Shown: positions 19,056-29,571 of the stretch, piece by piece | Layout of the letters: each line of letters opens with the position of its first letter | Position numbering within the stretch: position 1 is the stretch's first letter | Assembly (NCBI GenBank): GCA_023957335.1 | Contig: JAMLHC010000001.1 | Location: 266,017-330,016, forward strand | Length of the DNA: 64,000 nt | DNA from: Bacteroidota bacterium | GTDB lineage: Bacteria; Bacteroidota; Bacteroidia; NS11-12g; UBA955 | Direction of reading: 5' to 3' | Program-made: the position numbers and the translations under genes | Notes under the pieces: model-generated | Databases searched by the model: none | What the model was told of the DNA's origin: nothing | What the model saw: the letters and a program-made list of their open reading frames with translations, nothing else

Positions 19056-22000
19056 TTACGCTTCTTCAACCACCTTCTCTGACTTTCTGTATGCCAGATA
19101 GAATAATTGCGGCAATACGGTCAAAGATAATATCATACAAATTTGCAAACCACCTACAATCATAATAGCCAATGGTTTTTGCACTTCTGAGCCCATTCCT
19201 GTTGAAAGTGCAGCAGGGAGCAATCCGACAGAATCCATCAATGCAATCATAATAATAGGGCGAATTCTGCTGTGTACACCGTTCGAAATAGCTTCTTTCA
19301 AAGGCATTTTTCTCAAATTTTCGCGCATAACCGCAATCAGAATCAAACTGTTGATGGTGTTAACTCCAAACAAAATAATAAAACCTATACCTGCCGATAT
19401 GCCAAAGACCGTATTTGTAACCCACAAAGAAGCGAAGCCTCCGATGAACGCAAATGGAATAGAACCTGCGGCAATCATTGTATCTTTGAGCGAACCAAAA
19501 TTAAAATAAAGTAAAAATAAAATCAGAACGAGCACAGCAGGTACAATGACAGATAATTGCTTGGCAGCGCGTTCTTTGCTTTCAAACTCTCCAGCCCAAG
19601 TGATGGTGTTTTCTTTTGGCAAATGAATATCTTTTGCAACTTTGGATTGCGCTTCGGCAATGGTGCTACCTAAATCTCTTCCTTCGATACTAAAACCTAC
19701 CGCTATATATCGACTTCCCCCCTCTCTGTATATAAATGCAGGACCGGTATGAAAATCAATTGTTGCAATTTCTTTTAGGGGAATTTTTTTGTTGTCTTTT
19801 GTAGGAATAAGAATATTGCCGATTTTTTCTTCATTATTTCTGTATCCCTCGTCAAATCTTAGCCTTACATCAAATCTCTTTTCGTTTTCATAAAAACTTG
19901 TAGCCGCTCTACCCCCAATTGCCATTTCAACTACTGCTTGTGCATCGGCAATATCAATACCGTAACGCGCCATTTTATGCTCGTGAAGTTGTATTCTCAA
20001 TTCAGGCAATCCAATGTTTCTATATACATTCAAATCCGTAATACCGCGCACTTCTTTGAGTGTATTTGCAATCTGCAAAGCATATTTTTCGAGTTCATAG
20101 AGGTCATCTCCATAAATTTTGACGGCAAGTGAACTTTTTACTCCGGCAACATACTCTTCGACATTGTCTTGTATAGGCTGACTGAAACCAAACACAATGC
20201 CGGGATAGCTTTCTAATTTTTTGCGAATTTGCGCAATAAGTTCATCCTTTGTAACCTTGTGTTTCCATTCTTGTTGCGGGTACAACTGAATGTGAAACTC
20301 TATATTGAAAAAACCTGTCGGGTCTGTACCGTCATTAGGCCTGCCTACTTGATTGAGAACAAATTTAACTTCCGGAAATTCCCGAATTTTGGCTTTCATT
20401 TCCTTGGCAAGTCGAGTAGATTCTTTCAGGTTGACACTATTGGGCAAAGTTGCTCTGACATACAAAGCACCCTCGTTCAGCTTGGGAATAAATTCCGAAC
20501 CATAAAAGACAAAGCCCACAGTTGAGGTCAGCAGCAAAATTCCAAAGGTCAAAACCGTTGCCCTGCGATGTTTATTAGTCCACAAGAACAGTTTAAACAG
20601 ATTGTTGGTAATAAATTTAGTTATAAAATTTTCTTTTTCAAACACGTTCTTTTTGAGCAACAACCTGCACATAGCAGGCACGTATGTAATACTCAACAAT
20701 AAAGAACCCAACAATGCATAGCCTAATGTAAATGCAAGAGGTGAAAACATTTTGCCCTCAACTTTTTGGAAAGAAAAAATAGGCAACAATGCCACAATCA
20801 AAATAATCTGTGCAAAGACAACATAAGAAGCGACACTTTTAGTACTTTTTTTGATAATCCCCGATTTTGACATCAGGTTAAACTTATCCATCCCTATCAA
20901 ATGAGACTTCTTGACCATTCCTACAAATACTGCTTCAGTGATTACCAATGTGCCCTCCAGCATCAGTCCAAAATCAATCGCTCCCAATGAAATCAAATTT
21001 GCCGGAAGTCCTTGTATATGCAACATAATAATAGCAAACAAAAAAGAAAGCGGAATCACAGAAGCAATGATGAGTGTAGAACGCCAATCAAATAAGAAAA
21101 TAAAGACAATGAGCGAAACAAACACAACACCTTCCACAAGGTTCTTACTGACTGTGTGAATGGTTGTATTGACCAGTTCTGTTCGGTCAATAAAAGGCTC
21201 AATCTTAACATCATCGGGCAAGATGCGATTATTCAAATCGGCAATTCGTTCTTTGAGTTTGGTAATCACAGTAGAAGGGTTTTCGCCTCTGAGCATGACT
21301 ACAATCCCTTCCACCAAATCATCATTATCTTGCAAACCCACTTTTCCTAACCTCGGCTTAGCAGAAACAACTACTTCTGCTACATGCTTAATGAGAATGG
21401 GAGTATTACCCTGCACCTTGATCAGGATATTTTTGATATCATCAATTTTTTCTAAAAGCCCAACCCCACGTACAACATAAGCTTGGTCGCCTCTTTCAAT
21501 TACGTCACCACCCACGTTGATATTACTTTTGGAAACAGCATCATAAACTTCTTGCGGAGAAAGGTCATAATTGGCGAGTTCTGTCGGGTTGATTTTGATT
21601 TCGTATATTTTTTCTTCTCCTCCAAAACTAACAACCTGTGCCACACCCGGCACAGAAACAAGTTCTCTCTCGATCACCCAATCTTGCAATGCAGTTAATT
21701 CTCTGACAGGTCTTTTGCTTTTAATTACATAACGAAAAATTTCGCCCGTGGCTCCATACGGAGGCTCAATATCCGGGTGGGCTCCATCGGGCAAATCCAC
21801 ACCTTGCAATCTGTTAGCAGTATATTGCTGCGCATAAAAATCTTCTACATCATCTTCAAAAATAACAGTAACTACTGATAATCCAAATAGCGAAATTGAG
21901 CGAACCTGAGACTTTTTGGGGATAGTATTCATTACCTTCATCAAAGGCAGCGTTACAAACTTTTCCACTTCTTCAGCACTGCGTCCGGGCCATTGGGTGA

Positions 22001-22157
22001 TAATCCTTGCCCTGGTATTGGTAACATCGGGAAAAGCTTCGATTGGGGTTTTGATATAGCTAATTACTCCAATAATAATCAACAATGCAGTCAGAAAGAA
22101 TATGATAAAGGAATTCTTGAGCGAAAATGTAACAATGTGTAGAATGAATTTTTTCAT
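19056..22157 (-). CDS. RND efflux pump inner-membrane subunit, heavy-metal (CzcA/CusA) type
   Basis: 1033 aa with 12 TM segments and two large periplasmic loops. N-terminus ..IEAFPDVTNTRARIITQWPGRSAEEVEKFVTLPL is typical of HME-RND. Confidence 0.9.
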   Translation of the reverse strand: MKKFILHIVTFSLKNSFIIFFLTALLIIIGVISYIKTPIEAFPDVTNTRARIITQWPGRSAEEVEKFVTLPLMKVMNTIPKKSQVRSISLFGLSVVTVIFEDDVEDFYAQQYTANRLQGVDLPDGAHPDIEPPYGATGEIFRYVIKSKRPVRELTALQDWVIERELVSVPGVAQVVSFGGEEKIYEIKINPTELANYDLSPQEVYDAVSKSNINVGGDVIERGDQAYVVRGVGLLEKIDDIKNILIKVQGNTPILIKHVAEVVVSAKPRLGKVGLQDNDDLVEGIVVMLRGENPSTVITKLKERIADLNNRILPDDVKIEPFIDRTELVNTTIHTVSKNLVEGVVFVSLIVFIFLFDWRSTLIIASVIPLSFLFAIIMLHIQGLPANLISLGAIDFGLMLEGTLVITEAVFVGMVKKSHLIGMDKFNLMSKSGIIKKSTKSVASYVVFAQIILIVALLPIFSFQKVEGKMFSPLAFTLGYALLGSLLLSITYVPAMCRLLLKKNVFEKENFITKFITNNLFKLFLWTNKHRRATVLTFGILLLTSTVGFVFYGSEFIPKLNEGALYVRATLPNSVNLKESTRLAKEMKAKIREFPEVKFVLNQVGRPNDGTDPTGFFNIEFHIQLYPQQEWKHKVTKDELIAQIRKKLESYPGIVFGFSQPIQDNVEEYVAGVKSSLAVKIYGDDLYELEKYALQIANTLKEVRGITDLNVYRNIGLPELRIQLHEHKMARYGIDIADAQAVVEMAIGGRAATSFYENEKRFDVRLRFDEGYRNNEEKIGNILIPTKDNKKIPLKEIATIDFHTGPAFIYREGGSRYIAVGFSIEGRDLGSTIAEAQSKVAKDIHLPKENTITWAGEFESKERAAKQLSVIVPAVLVLILFLLYFNFGSLKDTMIAAGSIPFAFIGGFASLWVTNTVFGISAGIGFIILFGVNTINSLILIAVMRENLRKMPLKEAISNGVHSRIRPIIMIALMDSVGLLPAALSTGMGSEVQKPLAIMIVGGLQICMILSLTVLPQLFYLAYRKSEKVVEEA

Positions 22158-22183
22158 TGTTTTGAACTGATTAGGGTTTGCAT

Positions 22184-23278
22184 TTATTTGTTTATTCTTT
22201 CGTAAATCAGCAATTGATTTTTGGAGACAATTTTGTCGTTGGCGGTCAAACCTTTGGCAATAAAGGTATGATTGCCGCTTTTGGTAAGCAGTTCCACTCT
22301 GCGAATTTCAAAATCGCAATCGTTGCGATACACCAACACAAAGTTTTGATTATTATCAAAAATGAGTGCCTTAGTGGGGATTGCCAATGCACTGCTGTCA
22401 AGGGTTTTGTTTACATTGACATCAGCAAACATTCCTGGCTTAAGTTTCAAATCCTTATTATTGATTACAACACGAGCTTTGAGCACTTTTTCGTCTTCAT
22501 CAAAAATCTGTGAAATAGAGGCAATTTTCCCCGAAAACACTTTGTCCGGATATGACAGCGTGCGAAAAGTAATATCTTGACCGGGTTGAATCTTGTCAAC
22601 ATTAGTTGTATAGATATTAACCAACAGCCACACTTCACTCAAATCTGCAATCGTAAACAACGGTTCCCCGCCACCTGAAATAGGGGTTCCCGCAGTGATA
22701 TTTTTCTCGGTAATAATACCGGAGAAAGGAGCTTTGATAAGAAAAACACCTTTCTCAGGACTGGCACTGAAAATTGACATACTGGATGCAATTCTTTGTT
22801 TATCTGAACGGAGTTTATCAAGTTCACTTTTTGCTTCTAATAGATTTTTTTGTGAGGAAATCCCGTCATTATACATGGCTTGAACAGATTGCAAGTTCTT
22901 TTCTGCCACAGCAATTTGCGAATTGATGATTTCTAACTGAGATTGTAGCGAACTCAAATCAGCACTACGTAATTCAGCCAAAACCTGTCCTTTTTCTACT
23001 TTATCTCCTAAAGAAAAATGTGTGGCTGCGATTATTCCTTCATTCATGCTGACAAAAGAAATAACCTTGTCGGGGTCTGCATCAATATTGCCTGTAAGAT
23101 GAATCTCTTCTTTGACTGGCTCATAATCAGGTGTACTAATTTCTATTCTATCTTTAAACTCTTTGTCTATGCAATATTGTTCAGTTTCATTGCTTGGACC
23201 GGGGTCTTTCACATGCTTACACCCCGTAGTTAATGCGCCCAAAAGAGCTGCCATAGCTATAATTTGTTTGTATTTCAT
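22184..23278 (-). CDS. RND efflux periplasmic adaptor (membrane-fusion protein, CzcB/HlyD family)
   Basis: Lipoprotein signal MKYKQIIAMAALLGALTTGC, coiled-coil region, and beta-barrel/MP domain. Located between the OMF and RND genes. Confidence 0.85.
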   Translation of the reverse strand: MKYKQIIAMAALLGALTTGCKHVKDPGPSNETEQYCIDKEFKDRIEISTPDYEPVKEEIHLTGNIDADPDKVISFVSMNEGIIAATHFSLGDKVEKGQVLAELRSADLSSLQSQLEIINSQIAVAEKNLQSVQAMYNDGISSQKNLLEAKSELDKLRSDKQRIASSMSIFSASPEKGVFLIKAPFSGIITEKNITAGTPISGGGEPLFTIADLSEVWLLVNIYTTNVDKIQPGQDITFRTLSYPDKVFSGKIASISQIFDEDEKVLKARVVINNKDLKLKPGMFADVNVNKTLDSSALAIPTKALIFDNNQNFVLVYRNDCDFEIRRVELLTKSGNHTFIAKGLTANDKIVSKNQLLIYERINK

Positions 23279-23302
23279 TTGTTGTTGATTGTTTTGGAAG
23301 TC

Positions 23303-24604
23303 TTACAATACATCTTGTCCGACCGTGAAATTCAATTCTTCTATTTTATTGTTAATGTCTTTTTCAGTATCTAAAATAATCTTCTTGTTGTCGAGATATG
23401 CATTCAAGAAGTCAAGATATTCCAGCATACTGATATTTCTTTCAGTAAAGTTTTTAGTGTATGCGCTCAACAAAGAGTCAAGGACAGTTTCATAATCCGG
23501 TGCGATTTCTTTCTTAAATTGAAAGGCTATATTTAGGTTATTAAATGCAAGAGCCACTTCTGATTCGAGTGCAAGTGAGGCTTGCTGCTCCATCAAGCGA
23601 GATTGTTTGATTCCGGCTTGTGCTATTTTGATATTTCCTTGATTTCTGTTGTAAATAGGCAAGTCCATCGCTACCCCAAAACCAATAAAATTATACATAA
23701 AATTACCTCCCCTGTCATAACCTCCTTTGAGTGTAAGGTCAGGCACACGTTGTGCTTTTTCAAAGTTATATAGTCGGTTGTAGTAATCTTCATCCAGTTG
23801 CGCCATCTTATAGTCGGGTCTGGATAGTTTTGCTTGGTCAATAAGTTGGGACAAAACCAAAGTTTCAAATTTTGAAGCGTTTCGTTGAAAATCTTCTTCT
23901 TTAATAACCAAGTGTTGAGCAGCAGAAATATTCATCAGTTGTTTCAAACTGCTTTCTACTTCATTGCTTTGTTTGTCAAGTTCATTGATATTCTTAGTAA
24001 GTTCAAGTTCGAGTGCTTTTAAGCGGATATATTCTCCTTGCGAAACATTGCCGTTGTGTAATTGTCGCTGGTAGGCAGTCGTCAGTTTTTTGATACTTTC
24101 TATTTCATTTATGTAGATACGCTTGTTAAGTTGCAAATATTGCAACTGAGTAAGTTGTGAACGAAACTCCAGCTTAAGATTGCGAAGCAGGTCTTCAAAA
24201 GCTTGTTTAGATTTTTCAATAGACACTTTATTTAAGGCAATCTGCTTACCTCTTTTTCCTGCTGTGCGAATGAGTTGGTCTATCCCAACACTAAACTCTT
24301 GATTTTTCCCAACGCTACCGCCATTAAATCCTTGTAATTGGTCGCCAAAAACTCCTAAATTTTTCTTGCTTGCCCAAAGGTTTACCTGATCTATCGTAAT
24401 AGTGGGGTTATACCACAATTTTGATTGAATCAATATGGCTTCTGATCTGGAGATTTCGAGCTTTTCCGCCATTAACATCAGATTTTCGTTCAGAAATCGG
24501 GTTTCACATTCTTGCCGACTCATAACAAGAGTATCTTGTGATAAGACAGAAAAGAATCTGGCGAGGAAAAGAGTCAGAATAATTCCTTTTTTAAATACGC
24601 TCAT
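23303..24604 (-). CDS. TolC-family outer-membrane efflux protein (CzcC-like)
   Basis: 433 aa with a signal peptide and two repeated coiled-coil/beta halves. First gene of the OMF-MFP-RND operon. Confidence 0.83.
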   Translation of the reverse strand: MSVFKKGIILTLFLARFFSVLSQDTLVMSRQECETRFLNENLMLMAEKLEISRSEAILIQSKLWYNPTITIDQVNLWASKKNLGVFGDQLQGFNGGSVGKNQEFSVGIDQLIRTAGKRGKQIALNKVSIEKSKQAFEDLLRNLKLEFRSQLTQLQYLQLNKRIYINEIESIKKLTTAYQRQLHNGNVSQGEYIRLKALELELTKNINELDKQSNEVESSLKQLMNISAAQHLVIKEEDFQRNASKFETLVLSQLIDQAKLSRPDYKMAQLDEDYYNRLYNFEKAQRVPDLTLKGGYDRGGNFMYNFIGFGVAMDLPIYNRNQGNIKIAQAGIKQSRLMEQQASLALESEVALAFNNLNIAFQFKKEIAPDYETVLDSLLSAYTKNFTERNISMLEYLDFLNAYLDNKKIILDTEKDINNKIEELNFTVGQDVL

Positions 24605-24664
24605 AGAGGCAGCAAAGTTGATTTCAACAACCTTAAAAAAACCTTAAAGCAGATAAAATTTAGC

Positions 24665-26053
24665 TTAAGAATGCAGGATTATTTCAAACAAATTGACATC
24701 CGTTGCAGGTGCAGAATATCTGATTTTCCCTTTGTGCAGTTCAAAAATACGTTTTGCAAAAACCAAACCCAAACCAAAGCCGGCTTTTCCATGACTGTTA
24801 CTCCCCCTATAAAAATGGTTGAACAGAAATTTTTGTTCATCTTCGGACAGTGTATCACCGGAGTTTGACACATTGATTATCAGACGATTTTTGAGCGAAG
24901 TATCAATTTCAATTTTAGCAGTCGAATTGCTGCTGTATGCAATGCAGTTGAACAAAAGATTCAAAAAAGCTTGTCTGATGAGCAGTTTATTTGCTTTGAT
25001 AATCAGTTTATCTTCTTCCATTTTATCCGAAAGATAATTTACTTCAAATTTAAAATCAGGAAAAAGCATATTTAATTCCGAAATAATATCAAACAACAGC
25101 TCATCAATCCGGAATTCTTGAGTTGCCATGTCATGTCCGGACTCAACTTTTGACAATTCAAGAAGTATATGAATTACCTCTCCTAACGATTTTGTCTTCA
25201 GAAGCTGACCATTGAGTTGGTGCTTGAGTGTAGGTTCACTTGTTTGAGAAACAATTTTTTCAAGTTCCGAAACCAAAACCGCAATAGGTGTTTTCAGTTC
25301 GTGAGAAATATGGTGGGCGGCATGTTTCTGAAATGCAAAGGCTTCCTTTGTTCTATCTAACAGTTCGTTAAATCTTTGTGTCAAGTATTGAAGTTCATAG
25401 GTAGAACTGTCAGTAATTACATTCTTATTATCCTCTTTGTTCAAATCAATTCTATTCAGATGCTCCGCCAGAGATTTTATAGGCTTAGCAATAATATTGG
25501 AGAAATAAATTGAGACAAGTATGATAATCGAAGAAATTACAAAAAATATCACAATCAAAACATTGCGCAAATAATACAAATGCGCATAACCAAAGTTATC
25601 ATAGGCTTTGCTGATTGCATAAAAATGGGCGCTTTTACCTTCAATATAAACACCTACCACATCGTAGTCCCCTTCTTTAGCTTCTACCCAACGATTGGAG
25701 GGTGAAAGCGTATTGAGTATTGTTTTATAATCCACAATAGGTAAATCGTCAACACTCGAATAAGTTAACTCCTTTTGTGAATCAAAAATGAGCATTTTTT
25801 CATCATAAAAATCGTGAATAGTAAGATTGTCCATAAGCTCTGTCAGGTTCTTGCTCATAGTCTTATATTCTGCAAGCAAATCAACAGTTAATTTGATTTT
25901 TTGTTTTTGTCTTTGTTGAAATTCATCTTGTCTAAACTCCGAAAACAATAAAAAAATCACAGTCAAGGCTATAAATGACAGCAGAATTAAAGTACTTGAG
26001 AAATAAATAAGTATTTTATTCTTTAGCTTCATACTGCGGTTTAGCTTAGCCAA
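24665..26053 (-). CDS. Sensor histidine kinase (two TM segments, HisKA + HATPase_c)
   Basis: H-box AHHISHELKTPIAVL, and N/G boxes NLLFNCIAYS and GFGLGLVFAKRI. Periplasmic loop between two TM segments. Overlaps the response-regulator gene by 8 nt. Confidence 0.85.
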   Translation of the reverse strand: MAKLNRSMKLKNKILIYFSSTLILLSFIALTVIFLLFSEFRQDEFQQRQKQKIKLTVDLLAEYKTMSKNLTELMDNLTIHDFYDEKMLIFDSQKELTYSSVDDLPIVDYKTILNTLSPSNRWVEAKEGDYDVVGVYIEGKSAHFYAISKAYDNFGYAHLYYLRNVLIVIFFVISSIIILVSIYFSNIIAKPIKSLAEHLNRIDLNKEDNKNVITDSSTYELQYLTQRFNELLDRTKEAFAFQKHAAHHISHELKTPIAVLVSELEKIVSQTSEPTLKHQLNGQLLKTKSLGEVIHILLELSKVESGHDMATQEFRIDELLFDIISELNMLFPDFKFEVNYLSDKMEEDKLIIKANKLLIRQAFLNLLFNCIAYSSNSTAKIEIDTSLKNRLIINVSNSGDTLSEDEQKFLFNHFYRGSNSHGKAGFGLGLVFAKRIFELHKGKIRYSAPATDVNLFEIILHS

Positions 26054-26735
26054 TCATATCAATATAATACCCATATCCTACTTTGGTTTTGATGCTGTTT
26101 TTGCCAAAAGGTTTGTCTATTTTATTTCTAAGAAAATTAATATACACTTCGATTGTATTGGTATTGGCATCAAAAGAATGTCCCCATATTTCAGCTACTA
26201 ATTCCGATTTGGATACCACCTCGCCTTGCGTCTTGCACAACCTCACCAGAATCTGATATTCTTTCGGGGTCAAATTTACTTCTTTGCCTTGTCTCAAAAC
26301 GGATTTAGCAATCAGATTGATTGAAATATCTCCTATAATCATTGAGTTACCTTCTTGGGTACTTGATTTATTGCTTGCAGAACGTTTAACCAACGCCTGA
26401 ATTCTTACAATCAGCTCTCGCATAAAGAAAGGCTTGGTCAGATAGTCGTCCACCCCACAGTCAAATCCCTTGACCTTATCGTCCAAGTCACCAAAAGCTG
26501 TCAACATCAAAACCGGTGTTGTTGAGTCAAAAGTTCTAAATGTTGAACACAAATCATAACCATTTTTACCGGGTAAGTTGACGTCCAATACTACACAACT
26601 AAATTTATCCTTTTGCAACATTTTTTCTGCCAACAAACCATCAAAAACACTCACAGCATGGATATTCTCTGACTCTAATGCATCCCGTATATTCTTGTTC
26701 AATGTAGGGTCGTCTTCAATGATTAAAACCTTCAC
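26046..26735 (-). CDS. OmpR-family response regulator
   Basis: Receiver domain MKVLIIEDDPTLN..VVLDVNLPGKNG, and winged-helix ..LTPKEYQILVRLCKTQGEVVSKSELVAEIWG. Confidence 0.9.
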   Translation of the reverse strand: MKVLIIEDDPTLNKNIRDALESENIHAVSVFDGLLAEKMLQKDKFSCVVLDVNLPGKNGYDLCSTFRTFDSTTPVLMLTAFGDLDDKVKGFDCGVDDYLTKPFFMRELIVRIQALVKRSASNKSSTQEGNSMIIGDISINLIAKSVLRQGKEVNLTPKEYQILVRLCKTQGEVVSKSELVAEIWGHSFDANTNTIEVYINFLRNKIDKPFGKNSIKTKVGYGYYIDMIG

Positions 26736-26801
26736 AAGCGCAAAGGTAGAAAGTTATTCATTTATAGTCGGAAATTTTATTCAACCATCTCAATAAACTT
26801 A

Positions 26802-26809
26802 TACTTTTG
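26802..26809 (+). promoter_or_regulatory. Bacteroidetes-type -7 promoter element (TActTTTG) upstream of purF
   Basis: TAnnTTTG match 18 nt upstream of the ATG at 26827. It lies in the 91-bp divergent region shared with the response-regulator gene. Confidence 0.3.
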
Positions 26810-26826
26810 CATCCTCAATTTCCACC

Positions 26827-28719
26827 ATGAGCGACTCTATCAAACACGAATGCGGAATAGCATTTATCCGACTGCTGAAATCCCCTGAATATTATAAAGA
26901 AAAATACAATGAGCCACTTTGGGGACTGTCTCGAATGAGACTTTTAATGGTCAAACAACTCAACCGTGGACAAGATGGAGCAGGGATAGGAGTTGTCAAG
27001 CTCAACCCCGAATTTGGTCGCAGATACATCGCACGCAAAAGATCTAACAGTAAAAGTTCTGTTGCAGACTTATTTGAACATATACTGGGACAATACAATT
27101 CGTTACCTTCAAACAAACAAGAAGATGCAGCATGGTTAAAAACAAATTTTCCATATTCAGGTGAAGTTATGCTGGGGCACTTGCGTTATGGTACAGAAGG
27201 GGGTAATAAAATGGAGAATATCCATCCCTTTTTGAGACAAAATAACTGGATGAGTCGAAACCTGATGATTGCAGGTAATCACAACTTAACCAATGTTGAT
27301 GAGCTTTTTCAAACATTAATTGAACTTGGACAACAACCCAAAGAAATCAGTTCTAATGTTACAATGCTCGAAAAAATCGGACATTTTTTAGATGAAGAAA
27401 ATGAAGAAATATTTCGCAAATACAAAAATCAAGGTGTTCCCAATATCGAAATAACAGAAAAAATAAAACAAGAATTAGACCTTGCTAAGATTCTCAAACG
27501 CAGTGTAAAAGATTTTGATGGTGCTTATAACCTTGTCGGCATTGTCGGCAACGGAGACTCATTCATCATCCGCGACCCGAATGGCATCAGACCTTCTTAT
27601 TATTACGCCAATGACGAATTTATTGTCGGAGCCTCCGAACGTGCAGCCATTTGCACGGTTTTCAACTTACAGCCTGATGACGTTAAGGAATTAGACCCGG
27701 GACATGCTTTGATAATCAAAGCAGACAAAAGTTGGAAGACAACAGAGATTATTCCTGCAAGAGAAAAGAAAAGTTGCTCTTTTGAACGAATATATTTTTC
27801 AAGAGGTAACGACCGTGATATCTATAAAGAGCGCAGAATGTTAGGTCAGCTTCTCGCGCCCGAGATTCTCAAAAAACTTAATTATGACCTTGAAAACACA
27901 GTACTTTCTTATGTCCCCAACACAGCCGCTACCTGTTTTTACGGCTTGATTGACGGGATTAATGATTGGCTTGACAAATGGAAGATTGAGGAAATACTTA
28001 AAAACAAAGCTAATCTGACAGAAGATTACCTCAAAACCATATTTAAAAATAATGGTCGCAGAGAAAAAGTGTTGATTAAAGACACCAAAATCCGCACCTT
28101 TATTACCAATGAAAAAGAACGTGGAGCCTTGGTCGGCTCTGTATATGACATCACATACAGCTCTATCAAGCCAAAGGTTGACAACCTTGTCATTGTAGAT
28201 GATTCTATTGTTAGAGGCACCACAATGCGCGATAGCATTTTGAGCATTTTGGGAAGACTGAATCCCAAAAAAGTAATTGTAGTTTCTTCTTGTCCGCAAA
28301 TTCGCTATCCTGATTGCTATGGAATTGACATGAGTAGAATGAAAGAGTTTGTGGCATTCAATGCGGTAATGGAATTACTCAAAGAGAAACAATTGACCCA
28401 CAAATTAGATGAAATCTATCAAAAGTGCAAAGCTGAAAATCAAAAACCTTTGGCACAAATCGAAAACAAAGTCAAAGATTTATATCAACTTGTAAGTAAC
28501 AAAGAAATCACCGATAAGATTGCCGAAATCCTTACACCTGCCAACTATCCGGCTGAAGTAGAAATTGTTTTTCAATCTTTAGAGGGTTTGCATCAAGCCT
28601 GCCCTAACAATGCAGGTGACTGGTATTTTTCAGGCGACTACCCTACACCCGGAGGCAACAGAGTAGTCAATCGCTCTTTCTGCTATTTCTACGAGAAAAA
28701 TTCTGCAAGGGCATATTAG
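26827..28719 (+). CDS. purF: Amidophosphoribosyltransferase (long Bacteroidetes-type, Ntn-hydrolase with short propeptide)
   Basis: MSDSIKHECGIAFIRL gives the catalytic Cys after an 8-residue propeptide. The PRTase motif VIVDDSIVRGTT is present. 630 aa. Confidence 0.92.
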   Translation: MSDSIKHECGIAFIRLLKSPEYYKEKYNEPLWGLSRMRLLMVKQLNRGQDGAGIGVVKLNPEFGRRYIARKRSNSKSSVADLFEHILGQYNSLPSNKQEDAAWLKTNFPYSGEVMLGHLRYGTEGGNKMENIHPFLRQNNWMSRNLMIAGNHNLTNVDELFQTLIELGQQPKEISSNVTMLEKIGHFLDEENEEIFRKYKNQGVPNIEITEKIKQELDLAKILKRSVKDFDGAYNLVGIVGNGDSFIIRDPNGIRPSYYYANDEFIVGASERAAICTVFNLQPDDVKELDPGHALIIKADKSWKTTEIIPAREKKSCSFERIYFSRGNDRDIYKERRMLGQLLAPEILKKLNYDLENTVLSYVPNTAATCFYGLIDGINDWLDKWKIEEILKNKANLTEDYLKTIFKNNGRREKVLIKDTKIRTFITNEKERGALVGSVYDITYSSIKPKVDNLVIVDDSIVRGTTMRDSILSILGRLNPKKVIVVSSCPQIRYPDCYGIDMSRMKEFVAFNAVMELLKEKQLTHKLDEIYQKCKAENQKPLAQIENKVKDLYQLVSNKEITDKIAEILTPANYPAEVEIVFQSLEGLHQACPNNAGDWYFSGDYPTPGGNRVVNRSFCYFYEKNSARAY

Positions 28720-29483
28720 GATTTGGCAAAATAATCAGTTGCTCCTTCTGCCGGTGGATGATAATGATGTACCAATCCTCTGAGTTTTTGACGAATAACA
28801 ACATATCCTGCTTGATGACATCTTTCCCATAAATCAACATCTTCACGTCCCCAATCGGTGTACTTCTCATCCAAGCCACCTACTTGAACAAAATCGCTTT
28901 TCATTAAGGCTACCATTCCTTTTGCACTATACCAAAGCCATTTACCTTTTTCGCTACTGTTAGCAGGGGCGGTAGCAAAACAAATGGGAAACCAAACAAT
29001 ATTGGGACGAATTATTTTTCTGATTAAATTGAGCAGGTTAGGCGGCAAACTCATGTCGGCATCACACAAAAATACAATGTCTCCGGAGCATTGTGCAACT
29101 GCTTTGTTAAAAGCTTTTGCCCTTGTGAATTTGTCATCGGTTCTATTCAAAATAAGCCCTCCACGCCAGCGATTTCTGATTTCACTTTCTAATTTTTCAA
29201 AATCAACCGAGCCCATATCATATAGTGAAAGTTCAACTTGGTTAGCATTTTTTAAAGCAATAAGTGAAGGCAAAAAAAATTCCAAGAACGCTTGTGTCCT
29301 ATTGGATATTCCAACACAAATACTGACTTTGAGGGGTGATTTCTTGCTTAGAAAACGAAAGAAATACACAGCAATCCCTTGCAAATCTAAATACAGTGCG
29401 GTTTTGGACAACTTTCTTTGTGGTGCTTTAAAAAGATACCAGAAAGGATATTTGATGCTATTTACCCGCTTTTTTATCTCCAA
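28716..29483 (-). CDS. Glycosyltransferase with DXD motif and beta-1,4-galactosyltransferase-like C-terminal motif (GT2/GT7-like)
   Basis: CDADM (DXD) and GGLDEKYTDWGREDVDLWER resemble the WGGEDDD region of the GalT C-terminal domain. Convergent with purF and overlaps it by 4 nt. Confidence 0.5.
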   Translation of the reverse strand: MEIKKRVNSIKYPFWYLFKAPQRKLSKTALYLDLQGIAVYFFRFLSKKSPLKVSICVGISNRTQAFLEFFLPSLIALKNANQVELSLYDMGSVDFEKLESEIRNRWRGGLILNRTDDKFTRAKAFNKAVAQCSGDIVFLCDADMSLPPNLLNLIRKIIRPNIVWFPICFATAPANSSEKGKWLWYSAKGMVALMKSDFVQVGGLDEKYTDWGREDVDLWERCHQAGYVVIRQKLRGLVHHYHPPAEGATDYFAKS

Positions 29484-29571
29484 AACCCTAAAATTATATC
29501 AGGCAAATAACAATCTTTTCTGACAGAAAAAATATCCTGAAAAAGAGTTTTTTAAATCAGAATAAAAGAAA

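Noticed and set aside
19272-23233. Many short ORFs antisense to the RND pump, MFP and OMF genes.
   Set aside because: Same reasoning. They are embedded in well-supported long CDSs and have no independent signals.
26827-28719. PurF N-terminus MSDSIKHE-CGI suggested a mis-called start, because class II amidotransferases need an N-terminal Cys.
   Set aside because: Long-form PurF enzymes, like the B. subtilis type, carry a short propeptide removed autocatalytically. 630 aa and the propeptide are consistent with the Bacteroidetes form.
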